Source: Octopus bimaculoides
Taxonomy: Eukaryota
Reading direction: 5' to 3'
NCBI RefSeq assembly: GCF_001194135.2
Contig: NC_068997.1
Location: forward strand, 18,986,992-19,019,512
DNA length: 32,521 nucleotides
Positions within the stretch are counted from its first letter, which is position 1. Every line of letters begins with the position of its first letter. Both the position numbers and the translations under genes were made by a program. Shown here piece after piece: positions 9,895 through 21,141 of the stretch. Under the pieces are notes generated by a model, which had not been told where the DNA came from, made no database searches, and saw nothing but the letters and a program-made list of their open reading frames with translations.

Positions 9895-9895
<1 letters not shown>
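9716..9895 (+). mobile_element. mariner-derived deletion element
   Basis: TGCTGAAAAGTTCCTGGCTTT and its inverted copy at 9868-9888; right end abuts (TA)n; internal FYRA*KN..GEYVE*-like transposase C-terminus. Confidence 0.7.
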
Positions 9896-9934
<39 letters not shown>

Positions 9935-10904
9935 ATGCGTGTGTACATGTGAGTGTGTGTGTGTGTGCGTGTATGTATGTATGTTTACAACTCATACAAA
10001 CACACGAGGAGTATACATACATGTGTGTGTGTGTGTGTGTATGAATGTGTACACGCACACATACATGTATATATGTTAGAAACTGAAGATTCTATAAAAG
10101 TAAGTTTAAATTTCACATTTCTGATTGTTCAAAAGATTCAAAAGAACCATCAGAATAATGGAATAATCAGATGCATGAACTCTAGAGTTATGATTAAAAA
10201 AAAACTTCAGAGTCTAATATAAAAAAAAAAAAAAAACACACTGAGTACTTTTTTCTCTGTTTGTAAAGGTAAACATTCCTTAATTTAATCTTTATCCGTG
10301 TGTACCCTTCTGGATATGACCATATTCATGTGTGTTCATATGTATATACACATATAAGAAAATATATACATAAGTGGATAACTATGTGTGCATGTCTATT
10401 CTATACATATCTATTGGCTATGTGCAATGTATGCATGGTGTATGTATGTGCTGCATGTTACTAAATATTAGTATATTTCTTTTCTAGTCACATGAACACA
10501 GTAGCAGTAATACATAATAGTAACTATAGCAAAAGTGTAAAAGTTCAAAGCAGTTTATGTAGCATATGTGGTGAATGTTAGCAGAAACAAAAGTAGACAG
10601 TACACGGGTATGTAAGTTCATTAGTAAACCGGACATGACAGTAACGAAGGAAGAGTTTATCTCCAAGCAGTCAGTCAGCTTAATTAATTACGTGATAAAT
10701 TAATTACGTGATAAACCCATTTACCCTGTATCAAATATATAACACACACACAGATATATCTTTTATGTGCCCTTATAGTACCTGAAAACAAAAGGATGCA
10801 CATACACCAAAATTCCACAAAATTCCATGCTAATGCACGTTCTGAACACTAGCTTAATAACGACTAAATTATTTACCTAAATTCTTCATTATTTTTAAAA
10901 TTCA

Positions 10905-11163
10905 ACGCCGCATAAAAGGTGACTGTGCCAGCACCATGTTAAAAAGCACCCATGCCGGTGACACACAAACGGCACCCATGCCAGTGTCACATAAAAACAC
11001 CCATTACACTCTGTAAAGTGGTTGGCATTAGGAAGGGCATCCAGCCATAGACAACATGCCAAAACAGACAATTGGAACCTGGTTCAGTTCTCCAGCTCTG
11101 CCAGCTCTTGTCAAACCGTCGAAATGCATGCCAGCATAGCAAATGGACAATGATGACGATGAT
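10905..11163 (+). mobile_element. Interspersed repeat family C with (GAT)n tail
   Basis: GTGGTTGGCATTAGGAAGGGCATCCAGC...GGAC AATGATGACGATGAT; homologous to 12842, 24634, 26280, 27155 and 28900. Confidence 0.8.
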
Positions 11164-11374
11164 AAAACAAAGGCACTATATTTGAAAAGAAAAACGGTAA
11201 TGAAACTTAAAGTCACTCTCAGCACCATGGGCCACTTGTACAACTTTACTTCTGCCACTGAAATATTCAAACTGTAGAATCTTTACTCAATGTGCTTTTT
11301 CCCATTTTGTCTATGAATAAATGACAAGCAACCCAAGTAGAAGTAAGTTTGCCAGGACATTACTGACTGGGAGT

Positions 11375-11552
11375 CTGAGAATTCATAGGGCCATTTACCC
11401 AGTTTCCATGGCATATATATAAGTGACCGGGGTCACAACATTCACCCTGAACAGGAAACCGGGCCATCACACAGTTACATATTTAAGGTTAAATGGGGTG
11501 CAGCAACATGAAATGAAGTGTTTTTTCGCTCAAGAAAATAATGCACCACTAT
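11375..11552 (-). mobile_element. SINE fragment related to family D
   Basis: GCAACATGAAATGAAGTGTTTT..GCTCAAG resembles 28747-28775 and 32339-32365. Confidence 0.55.
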
Positions 11553-11890
11553 TTTTTTCCACCTTGTTTCATATTTATGTGCTTACTCTGGTATATATAT
11601 ATATATATATTAAGCATGTTTTAAGCAAGCAGAGACATAGGGGTTAGTTAATTTAGATTTTTACACAGAGTACTACTTTAAAATGCATGCATGCATGTGG
11701 GTGTGGGTGTGTGTGTGTGTGCACGTGCACAAATGGTTAGAGTACATTATATTAGTTAAAAGTTTGTTTTAAAAATCAAAGAAATATATATGATGCTTAT
11801 GAAGCATACACCAACAAGAAAAAGAAAGAAAAGAGAGCAAAGAAACACTTGAAAGAATTAATAGACAATGATACTTACTGTGATTATTTC

Positions 11891-11894
<4 letters not shown>

Positions 11895-11959
<65 letters not shown>

Positions 11960-11977
11960 CAACAACAACAACAACAA
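11895..11977. repeat. (TAA)n-(CAA)n microsatellite
   Basis: Direct reading. Confidence 0.95.
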
Positions 11978-12841
11978 CTGCTGAGCTGAAAGGGAAACAA
12001 ACCCTCAGAAGCTACGTCCACAAAAGAAAGTATTTACTAACCAATGCAATCCTACGTCACAATCATTTTTACAAAACAACAACAAACCACAGCCCAAAGA
12101 TGAAGTTAAAGCAATAAAAACAAAAAGCACCTCACTAATAAATAAAAAGAAATGGCAATTATTGTTATAATGAGATATAACATGTTATGACAGTATGTTA
12201 TGATATTAGTTATGTGTTAAGATTGATGTCAGTACAAGTGTTGTATCATATTATAGCAAAGCAGCATGTATTTATGACATGAGAGAGTATGATGAGATAT
12301 TTTGTGATAGGTTTTCATTATAATGAGCTTACCAGATATTGGAAGTATGATAACATTCTGGCTAGATGAGATATACAATGATATAGCATATATGACATTA
12401 AATGTTGTGAGATCCTATGATTATGACACGGATACAGAGAGACACAAGTATGTTGTGTCAGAGATAGATACAGTATGCACAATATTAATATGATGGAGAT
12501 GTTACAAATTAAGAGAACATTCTAGTGACATTACAAGAGTTATGAAATTGTGGTGAGATACCTCTAGTTATGACATCAATACAATGAGCAATGAGATGTA
12601 GTAATGTTATGATATTAGTATGATGAAATGCTACATGTTGTAGAGATATTGTATGAGTTATGAAATCACTGTAGCGATATAGTATAGTTGTTACATGAAT
12701 ACAAGTAGGATAAAGCAAGTTATGATACAAGGCAAAGATGTTATTTTTAAAATGAAGTTACAATGAATACTATCCTTCCAAGTTAAAAATCTAGAAAACT
12801 ATTTCTAACCTAGTTTATTAAACATTCTTGTTATCATTAAT

Positions 12842-13085
12842 CATTATCATCACCATCACCATTTAACATCGACTTTTCGTGCTGGCATAGGTAGAAAACG
12901 GTTTGACACAGAACTGGCAGCATGGCTGCATCAAGCTCCAATGTCATCTTTGGCATGGTTTCTATGGCTGGATACCCTTCCAAATGCCAACCACTTTACA
13001 ATGTGTACTGGGTGCTTTTTGTTTTTTGTTTTTTTTTCTTTTTTTCATGCCACCAGCACTAGTGAAGTTGCCATGTCATTTATTT
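12842..13085 (-). mobile_element. Repeat family C
   Basis: Reverse complement of the family C core (GGCTGGATACCCTTCCAAATGCCAACCAC). Confidence 0.75.
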
Positions 13086-13200
13086 GCAAGACAGAAAAAG
13101 AACAGAGGAGGAGAAGAAGGAAAGAGAGCAAAAAGTTCCCACTACGAAGAACAAGTATCTGGGAGAGACAGGCAGAGGTGAGTGGCTTTAATGAAAATTA

Positions 13201-13304
13201 TTTTTTACTTCTTTTAGTCATTTGACGGTGGCCATACTGGGGCACTGCCTTGAAGAATTTAAATCAAACAAATCAATTCCAGTGCTTTTGTTTTTCTTAA
13301 GCCT
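13201..13304 (-). mobile_element. SINE family A, 3' fragment next to gap
   Basis: TTTTAGTCATTTGACGGTGGCCATACTGGGGCACTGCC. Confidence 0.7.
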
Positions 13305-13687
13305 NNNNNNNNNNNNNNNNNNNNNNNNNNNNNNNNNNNNNNNNNNNNNNNNNNNNNNNNNNNNNNNNNNNNNNNNNNNNNNNNNNNNNNNNNNNNNNNN
13401 NNNNNNNNNNNNNNNNNNNNNNNNNNNNNNNNNNNNNNNNNNNNNNNNNNNNNNNNNNNNNNNNNNNNNNNNNNNNNNNNNNNNNNNNNNNNNNNNNNNN
13501 NNNNNNNNNNNNNNNNNNNNNNNNNNNNNNNNNNNNNNNNNNNNNNNNNNNNNNNNNNNNNNNNNNNNNNNNNNNNNNNNNNNNNNNNNNNNNNNNNNNN
13601 NNNNNNNNNNNNNNNNNNNNNNNNNNNNNNNNNNNNNNNNNNNNNNNNNNNNNNNNNNNNNNNNNNNNNNNNNNNNNNNNNNNNNNN
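13305..13687. other. Assembly gap
   Basis: Run of N. Confidence 1.
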
Positions 13688-13776
13688 GCTTCTTACCACA
13701 CAGCAGCATCATGTTAAAGTCAATAGCAAAGATTTTTAAAAAATCTTAAATCACATTCTTAAAAATCTGCCAAATA

Positions 13777-13817
<41 letters not shown>

Positions 13818-15045
13818 TGTGATGCTCTGCTTGAGAACCACTAATGTGTTATGTTGTCACTGTCAGAAGACAAACTGTGATACCAACATAAGGAAACGAG
13901 GAAAATTATATCAATGTTATATTAATACATTCATGTAATATCCTATTACATGGATAACCCGAGATACAAGAGAAATGAGATATCATGAGAACAATAAAAC
14001 ATTAGACCTTATGATATTATTAGGGACCTCAGAAAACACAGGTTATGCTATCAGTGCAAAGAGTTGGCTAGTAATGGAATATAACAGTGTAGTGAGATAT
14101 ACTATGAGAATATTCTGAAAATGTAATGAAGTATATTACAAATACTGTTACTATAGTGATACAATGTATAGACAGATATGTTATCAGTTAAGTGAAATAC
14201 TAAGTGATATATTATCACTATTTTATATTACTACATTAATCCCAATCAAGTCACTTGCTAGGAAAATGCAACTTCGGGATAGTTATTATATCAGCCAGCA
14301 TAGTAAGATAACATAAGGTAATTATGTTTATATAAGATGAGTTATATAAAGGTAGTGACAAAACATGAGCTATGATTCAGACAAATGAGATAATAAGAGC
14401 TGTGGTAGTAAAGTGAGATAGCATGAGTCACATCAAAGTAGTGATGTAACAGGAATTATATTAAACAGGATAACAGGCTAAAATAAATTAATAACTGTGT
14501 AGTTAAATGGTGGACCAGAGGCAAAGGAAATACTGTGGTTATATTGAAGTTGTAAAATTACATAAGTTATACCAGTAAGTTATACTAGTAAGTGATATAT
14601 GAGAGTAATGAAATAGGTCACTATATCAGGACTATGATGTTGGAGCCAGACTCAAAAGCAATTACTGGGTAACCGAATTGCATGTAATAAGAAAATGGGT
14701 ACTTTCCTATTATCAACAGTTATTATTTTTTTTTTATTTAGTAAAGGATTAGTAAATAAACAACTACTAGGTCATTACTCATTACTATGCTGCTGGTAAA
14801 AATATTTGTTAATCATGCACATGCTTTCATAAATTGTTCAAAGTGAAAGTCTTCTTTTGAAAATCTGTGTTGTGTTGTCTATATGTTGAAAGACACAGAA
14901 AAACACACACCCAAACAACCAAAATAACAGCTACATATTTATACGGGGTGTAATAGGTAAGTTGTTGCCATTTTATATTTTTAATTTTGTCTACTACACA
15001 GTATAGCAGGGTCAGTTGGACACCATCTGTGACAAAAACAGCACC

Positions 15046-15407
15046 ATGACGCAATTCACTCTGCCAGAAATTTGGAAACGACATGCTGTACTGCTTGGCG
15101 TTCACACAAGAAGCTCCAATACGAACATTTCAGAGTGTTTGGGTGTCAATCTGAGGACATGTAGCAAGAGTGATAATAATCAAACATCCAGTCAACAATA
15201 GTGATGGCAACGTTATGCCTCCATTCATCTCAACATGGAAGCCTACATCAAGTGCCTAAAGGAGGTAATGCTGCCCTGGGTCAAAACTGCAGCTGCTGGA
15301 AGAATCTATGTCTGGCAACAGGACTCTGCACCAGACCACACAAGCAGCAGAACCCAGTCATGGCTGTCAGACAATTTCTGCAACCACATCGCCCCTAACA
15401 ACTGGCC
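15046..15407 (+). pseudogene. Tc1/mariner transposase remnant (maT/DD37D-like), internally deleted
   Basis: MTQFTLPEIWKRHAVLLGV..SECLGVNLRT (N-terminal HTH-like) joined to LNMEAYIKCLKEVMLPWVKTAAAGRIYVWQQDSAPDHTSSRTQSWLSDNFCNHIAPNNWP. Confidence 0.85.
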
Positions 15408-15998
15408 ATATATATATACATATATATATACATATGGTCTTCTTTTGGAGTGCTGCATTGTGTTGACAGACTTGCACTTAAAATTCTCACGGTTTTAATC
15501 AATATCTGAAGAGCCAAGACAAATCCAGACATCATAACCACTCAACACTGAATGATCCCATGAAGTTTCATCTTTTTTTATGTCAGTATTTCTAAGTTTC
15601 ATACATAATGGCATTGTCACTGAAACATGGAATTAATGAATGTAGAATACAATTATGTATATCATAGTTACTGAAATATTAGGCATACCGTACGAGAAAT
15701 CAGTTAAAAATTATTTGGTATGGGTTACGGCACCTTTTTTTTTATATGCTTACTCCCCCTAACTATAGAACCTGGCTATGTTACTGCAAATAATTACACC
15801 TCCGAAATAGTTATAACATTAATCCGTGTAATGAGATGACAAAAGCCTTATTAGTTAGAGTAGTATGAGAACATATGTCAGGATAAGGTGAGAAACATAA
15901 ACTGTATGAGTGTAGTGAATTAATACAAGTGACACTATTGTAATGAGACAGAATGAATAACACATCCGTAATGAGATAATATGAGTTATAATAGTATA

Positions 15999-16555
15999 CA
16001 GGGTGACCCCCAAAAAACACAGAACCCATAAGAATTTTATTAAATCCTACAAAGGTCCAGCAAATTTCCTGAAATTTGCTGGACTTAAACTTCGGACTGT
16101 GTACCGTCATTCCCTTTGCATAAAAGTCATGTTCTTTTCAAAATATGCTCCAAATGGCATACATTGCGCAAACCCTTGCATACGTCGCACAAAATTGTCA
16201 ATTACTCGGACACGTTCCTCTTTAGGGATTTCCTTGATTTCTCCTGTGATTGCTGCCTTCAGTTCACCAATCATTTAAGGGCTGTCCTGGTAAGCATTAT
16301 CCTTGAGATACCCCAACACATAAAAATCGGTGGTGGGGTTCAAATGCGGTGAATGCAGTGCCTGCTTGCTCAATGTCATACTTCCTGCCGATCAATCCCT
16401 TCTGAAATTGCTCCCTCGGCCAGACTCAAGAGTCATTTTGATGCGTGGTGGGCGGCCCCGTCTTGCTGGAACCACTGTGCATCTCGATCTATCCTTATGG
16501 ATTGTTTATTCAAAGATTTGTGGGTTCTGTTTTTTTGGGGGGTGGGGTCACCCTG
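15999..16555 (-). mobile_element. Tc1/mariner deletion derivative with TIRs, TA target duplication and transposase C-terminus
   Basis: TA-CAGGGTGACCCC..CAAAAAA..AGAACCCA at both ends; minus-strand WFQQDGAAHH, HSPHLNPTTDFYVLGYLKDNAY, ELKAAITGEIKEIP. Confidence 0.92.
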
Positions 16556-16867
16556 TAATATGATGCTAATAGTTGCAGTATTAGTATAGCATGAAATAAT
16601 AAGTTATCGCATGGGTGAAGAAAAATATTTGAAGCACAAAGTTTTGGCAGAAAACAGAAGAAAACCATAAAGCAATTCCTCTTCTAAGAACTAGCGTGGA
16701 ATATATTATACATTAGTAACACACTTCTGACAGTTTGGAGCTATGTGAAACCCACCAAAGGAAAAAGAAACTAAAATATCATCAACAATAACAACAACAA
16801 AAAGTAGATTACGTACAGTGATCCAAGAGTTTACTGATTCAACTAAAACAAAAACAAAAATTATTAC

Positions 16868-16873
16868 CTGAGC
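16868..16873 (-). CDS. CIBAR1: CIBAR1/FAM92 6-nt microexon GCTCAG (Ala-Gln)
   Basis: tttcttaacgacttcccag|GCTCAG|gtaata; supplies the two residues (SQ in the human protein as recalled) absent between exon 5 (HQI) and the next exon (AKSD). Confidence 0.7.
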
Positions 16874-16883
16874 CTGGGAAGTC

Positions 16884-16892
16884 GTTAAGAAA
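16884..16892 (-). promoter_or_regulatory. U12-type branch point TTTCTTAAC
   Basis: 8/9 match to TTCCTTAAC at the U12-typical short distance from the 3' splice site. Confidence 0.7.
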
Positions 16893-17003
16893 ATATTTAA
16901 ATCCAGGAAAAAAATTTCAAATTTAGAATATAAACTATGATGGTAACGATGATGACAACAAAGCTAAAGGCGATGAGCATGGTAATGATGATGAGGATGA
17001 TGA

Positions 17004-17350
17004 TAGGTTGGTAGAATCGTTAGAGCATTAGACAAAATACCTAGTGTTATTTAGTTCAACCCCTTACATTCAAATCTTGAAGTCAACTTTACATTCTTTT
17101 TAGAGTCAATGAAATAACAACCAGTCAAGTACTCAAATTAAGATAATCAATTGTTCTCTACTCTCAAACCAAATTTCAAGTCTTGTGCCTATTTAAGACT
17201 ATGTTCTGAGTTCAAATTCCACCAAGATCGACTTTGCTTTCATCCTTTCAGGATCAATAAATTAGGTACCAGTGAAACACCAGGGTCGATGTAATCAACT
17301 AGCCCACCCCCTCAATATTTCAGGCCTTGTGCCTATAGTAGAAAGGATTA
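17004..17350 (+). mobile_element. Two tandem SINE family B copies
   Basis: GTAGAATCGTTAG head; GTTCAAATTCCACCAAGATCGACTTTGCTTTCATCCTTTCAGG. Confidence 0.8.
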
Positions 17351-17548
17351 TTATTATTATTATTATTTACTTTTAATCTGCATGTTTGTTAAACCACTTG
17401 CTGAGACATACCCAGCATCCTATGTGGAAAGAAGTAGCAATGTAAAAAAACGAAAAGGATAAGAGATGTAACAGTATGACTGAAAGCTTGGGGAGGGGAA
17501 GTGGCAGGGGAAGTAGCAAAATATCTTCATGTAATACAACACAGACAT

Positions 17549-18090
17549 TTAAACTGATAGGGTTTTTCTGAGGATGTTGTCAGTACTTGTCAGCACAATC
17601 TTTTGGATTTCTCTGAGACATAGTTCTCCTGCGATATTATCGAGATGTTTCTGACATCCCTGTCTTATCATACCTAGGATACCCACAATAATAGGAACAG
17701 TTCTTGCTTTAAGATGCCACATCTTTTGTATTTCAATTTCCAGTTCCTTATATTTACTTAATTTGTCAAATTCCTTTACAGATATACTTTTATCAGTGAG
17801 AACACTTACATCTATTAGTCTACAAGTATTTTCTTCTCTGCCTTTAATGACTGTGCCTGGTCAATTAGCCTTGATTGTTCTGCTGGTGTTGACTGGAAAA
17901 TCCCAGAGGATAGTGACATTTTTACCTTCAACGACTGGCTCAGGATGATATTCACACCAATAAGCAGGAAAATACTGTCCTACCTTATCGTGGCGATTTT
18001 TGTATTCGTTTGGTGTCAGCACAGGACATCTCAAGATGAGACGGTCTATTGTTTCATCAAATTTATCTCAGAATCTGCATTTAGAGTCAG
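17549..18090 (-). pseudogene. R4/Dong-type non-LTR retrotransposon C-terminus (CCHC knuckle and restriction-like endonuclease)
   Basis: CRF*DKFDETIDRLILRCPVLTPNEYKNRHDKVGQY...ILWDFPVNTSRTIKAN*PGTVIK..CRLIDVSV..KEFDKLSKYKELEIEIQKMWHLKARTVPIIVGILG...ILRKTLSV*. Confidence 0.88.
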
Positions 18091-18124
18091 AACCATTTTG
18101 AAGAATGTTAGCCTTGTAGTTTTC

Positions 18125-18352
18125 GGTAAGTTGAACAATATGTTTAGCAGGCATTTCCTCTAACTCTGTACATTCTGAGTTCAAACGCCACAGAGGCCAA
18201 CTCTGAGTCAACCTCTGTGGCATTTGAACCTTTTTGGGTCAGCTTTGTCCTTTTGGGGTTGATAAAATAAGAACCACTTAAGCACTGGAGTAGATGTAAT
18301 CTACTTCACCTTCCCCGAAAATTGCTTATCTTGTGCCAAAATTAGAAAGAAT
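18125..18352 (+). mobile_element. SINE family B, diverged
   Basis: CATTCTGAGTTCAAAC..GGGGTTGATAAAATAAG..GCTTATCTTGTGCCAAAATTAGAAAG. Confidence 0.7.
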
Positions 18353-18604
18353 TATTAACAACATCACATCATAAAAGATTACGTCCTTCAATTTATTTTG
18401 TGCCAGATTTCTGGCAATAATGTTAGTTAATTGCCAACTGTGCCCTCTTTTAACTGCAACAATACCCATACCCATAATATAAAAATATAACATTCATATT
18501 TTTCTAATACATGCCACAATATAAAGATGTTGCAAGTGAGAGGTGTCAGTTGTCTCAAGCGACCAACAAAACAGATAATGCATAAAATATTTCAATTGCA
18601 AAGT

Positions 18605-18680
18605 TGTGATGGCTTAACAGAAGCAGTTCTGTTGCAAACTGTGATGGCTTAACAGAAGCAGTTCTGTTGTAAACTATGAT
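18605..18680. repeat. 35-bp tandem repeat, about 2.2 copies
   Basis: TGTGATGGCTTAACAGAAGCAGTTCTGTTGCAAAC repeated. Confidence 0.9.
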
Positions 18681-19019
18681 GTGGTGAGGTGAGGAGATAT
18701 CAAACAGGTACGAGAAACTGTAACACAGGGTGAGAAATGTAAGTCTAACTGAAGTTACAAACTGTGAGTGACTGAGGTCGTGTCAGTTGTATGTGACAAG
18801 AGTTATACAGAGTTAAAAACGGTTACAGGCAATGAACTGGCAAAGCTGTTAAAATAGAGGGTAGATTACTTGGCAAGATTTGGTCCACATTTCTTGGTTT
18901 CGGGTTCAAATCCTGCCAAGGTCAACGTTGTTTGAATCCCTTCAGGAGTTGATAGAAAAAGTATCAGTACAGTAATGGCATCAATTCTTTTGTTTCTCTC
19001 TCTCTCATTTTCTTTCTCT

Positions 19020-19087
<68 letters not shown>

Positions 19088-19149
19088 CTTTTCTGTCTCT
19101 TTGCTTCTCTCATCCCCCCCCCCTCTCACTCTCTCAAAGAAACACACTG

Positions 19150-19280
19150 ACCTCAGACTTGGAAAAAGATGGGCTCTGCCAGGTTTAAATGCCCAACACA
19201 TGCCATATGTCAGTCACGAGACTACCCCAACAAGTCTCTTAGGAGCTAAGGGCCCATGGAAAGAAGCAAACTGTAAGTGA
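19150..19280 (+). pseudogene. Short RTE-like LINE remnant
   Basis: Broken frames give RWA..H..HMSVTRLPQQV, resembling RWAGHVxRMxDxRLPKQV. Confidence 0.4.
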
Positions 19281-19563
19281 CTGTGATGATATCAAGCAGA
19301 TATCATACAAGCTTTAACTACACAAACTGTGAAGGGTTGTGATGATATGAAATAGATATCACCTAAGCAATGTTATCATAAACTGTGCCGTTGTTTGGTA
19401 GAGTAATATCAAGCAGGCATGGCAAACTGTAACAAATTATGGTGATAGAAGGGAAAATAAGACATTTTGAGAAAACAAAGACATTTCAACTCCAACCATA
19501 ACGGTAATAGTAAAATGTACAAAGGAACTAAATATTTATAATGATGTATATCTTAATTTCCAG

Positions 19564-19599
<36 letters not shown>

Positions 19600-19631
19600 T
19601 ATATACATACACACACAAATATATATATATA

Positions 19632-19758
19632 CAGGGTGTTCACAAAGTGTGGGTACATGGGGATTAACACATACTTTAAGAAATTATTATTTCTCATATT
19701 TAATTGTTTATGTTATAAATACATTTACTCCATGTACCCAGACTTTGTGGACACCCTG
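19632..19758. mobile_element. Tc1/mariner-type MITE, 127 bp
   Basis: 29-bp TIRs CAGGGTGTTCACAAAGTGTGGGTACATGG, 27/29 complementary; inserted in TA-rich sequence. Confidence 0.9.
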
Positions 19759-20071
19759 TCTATATATATAAGTATATGTATACATATATACATACACAAT
19801 GAGAGAATGTCTGTTTATATGTTAAAGGGAAAGAGATGGCGTGTATGTAAATGGTGAATGTAAGAGGAGAGAAAAGGCAAAATCTATAGAATAGTATAAA
19901 ATTACAATCAGAAGAATGTATTTTCACTAATTACCAAAATATAAAAATAACAAATAACAAATAAATGAAACAAAACAAAAATGCACACACACAAAAAAGA
20001 AATTATTTCACAAGAAAATATTAATCAGAAAAATTTACATACATATATATGTAAATATATATATTTATATG

Positions 20072-20108
<37 letters not shown>

Positions 20109-20110
<2 letters not shown>

Positions 20111-20358
20111 CGGAGATATAATTGCATAGCAAGTGACCTGATCTGAGATCGTGTGCTGGAACAAAAACAATTGCAGCGTGGAAGGTGTTTATAACCCATT
20201 TAAGAAACACACAAAATCTGTTAGATTCACTTCAACATTTAAATTTAACTTTGCCAAAATATTTTCGTCGCTTTGAGACTGCAACCTGTTCACTGACAAA
20301 ATTCTGTGCATGTTTCTTAAATGGCTTATAAACACCTTCCACACTACAATTGTTATAT
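20109..20358. mobile_element. Small element in a (TA)n tract with long inverted repeats around a hammerhead; Penelope-like LTR derivative (inferred)
   Basis: Arms 20167-20209 and 20311-20353 are inverted with 3 mismatches in 43 nt; (TA)n on the left and TA repeats on both sides of the adjacent gap. Confidence 0.5.
20250..20300 (-). ncRNA. Minimal type I hammerhead ribozyme motif with G3:C8 core swap
   Basis: UUUGUCA GUGAACA G GUUGC AGUCUCAAA GCGAC GAAA AUAU UU UGGCAAA: stem I 7 bp (one G-U), stem II 5 bp (one G-U), GAAA, palindromic AUAU loop III, UH site. Confidence 0.65.
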
Positions 20359-20359
20359 A

Positions 20360-20504
20360 NNNNNNNNNNNNNNNNNNNNNNNNNNNNNNNNNNNNNNNNN
20401 NNNNNNNNNNNNNNNNNNNNNNNNNNNNNNNNNNNNNNNNNNNNNNNNNNNNNNNNNNNNNNNNNNNNNNNNNNNNNNNNNNNNNNNNNNNNNNNNNNNN
20501 NNNN
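20360..20504. other. Assembly gap
   Basis: Run of N. Confidence 1.
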
Positions 20505-20776
20505 TATATATATATATATATATATATATATTGAAGAAAATATACAAGAAATTCACTTATTGCAAAAAGAAAAAAAAGAAAATTAACAACGCTTTTATAC
20601 AATAATGCTATGTTTCAAAATAACCAGCGTGCTGAGAGAAAGTGCTGTATGCTTGTCAATATCAAAAATGCCATGCTTTGGACAAATTTTATGCAGAGCA
20701 AGCGTATAGTGGTCAAACAGACATGCTTTTCATTATAATCAATGCTATTACTATTATTATTATTATTATCATTATT

Positions 20777-21097
20777 AAGGCAGTGAGGTGGCAGATACAT
20801 TAACATGCCTGACAAAAAATTCTTAGCAGCATTTCATCCATCTCTATGTTCTGAGGTTCAAATTTAACTTTGCTTTTCATCTTTTTGGGGTCAATAAAAT
20901 AAGAACCAGTCGAGTACTGTGAGTGGACTAGTCGATTACATCAACCCCAGTGTTTCACTGGTACTTAATTCATCAACCCCAAAAGGACGAAAGGCAAAGT
21001 CGACCTCGGCAGAATTCGAACTCAGAACATAGCAACAGGCAAAATACTGCTAAGCATTTCGTCCGGTGCACTAACAATTCTGCCAGCTCACCGCCTT
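20777..21097. mobile_element. Two SINE family B copies tail-to-tail (plus then minus)
   Basis: GGCAGTGAGGTGGCAGA head at 20779; TTCTGCCAGCTCACCGCC (reverse head) at 21078-21095. Confidence 0.8.
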
Positions 21098-21098
21098 C

Positions 21099-21141
<43 letters not shown>

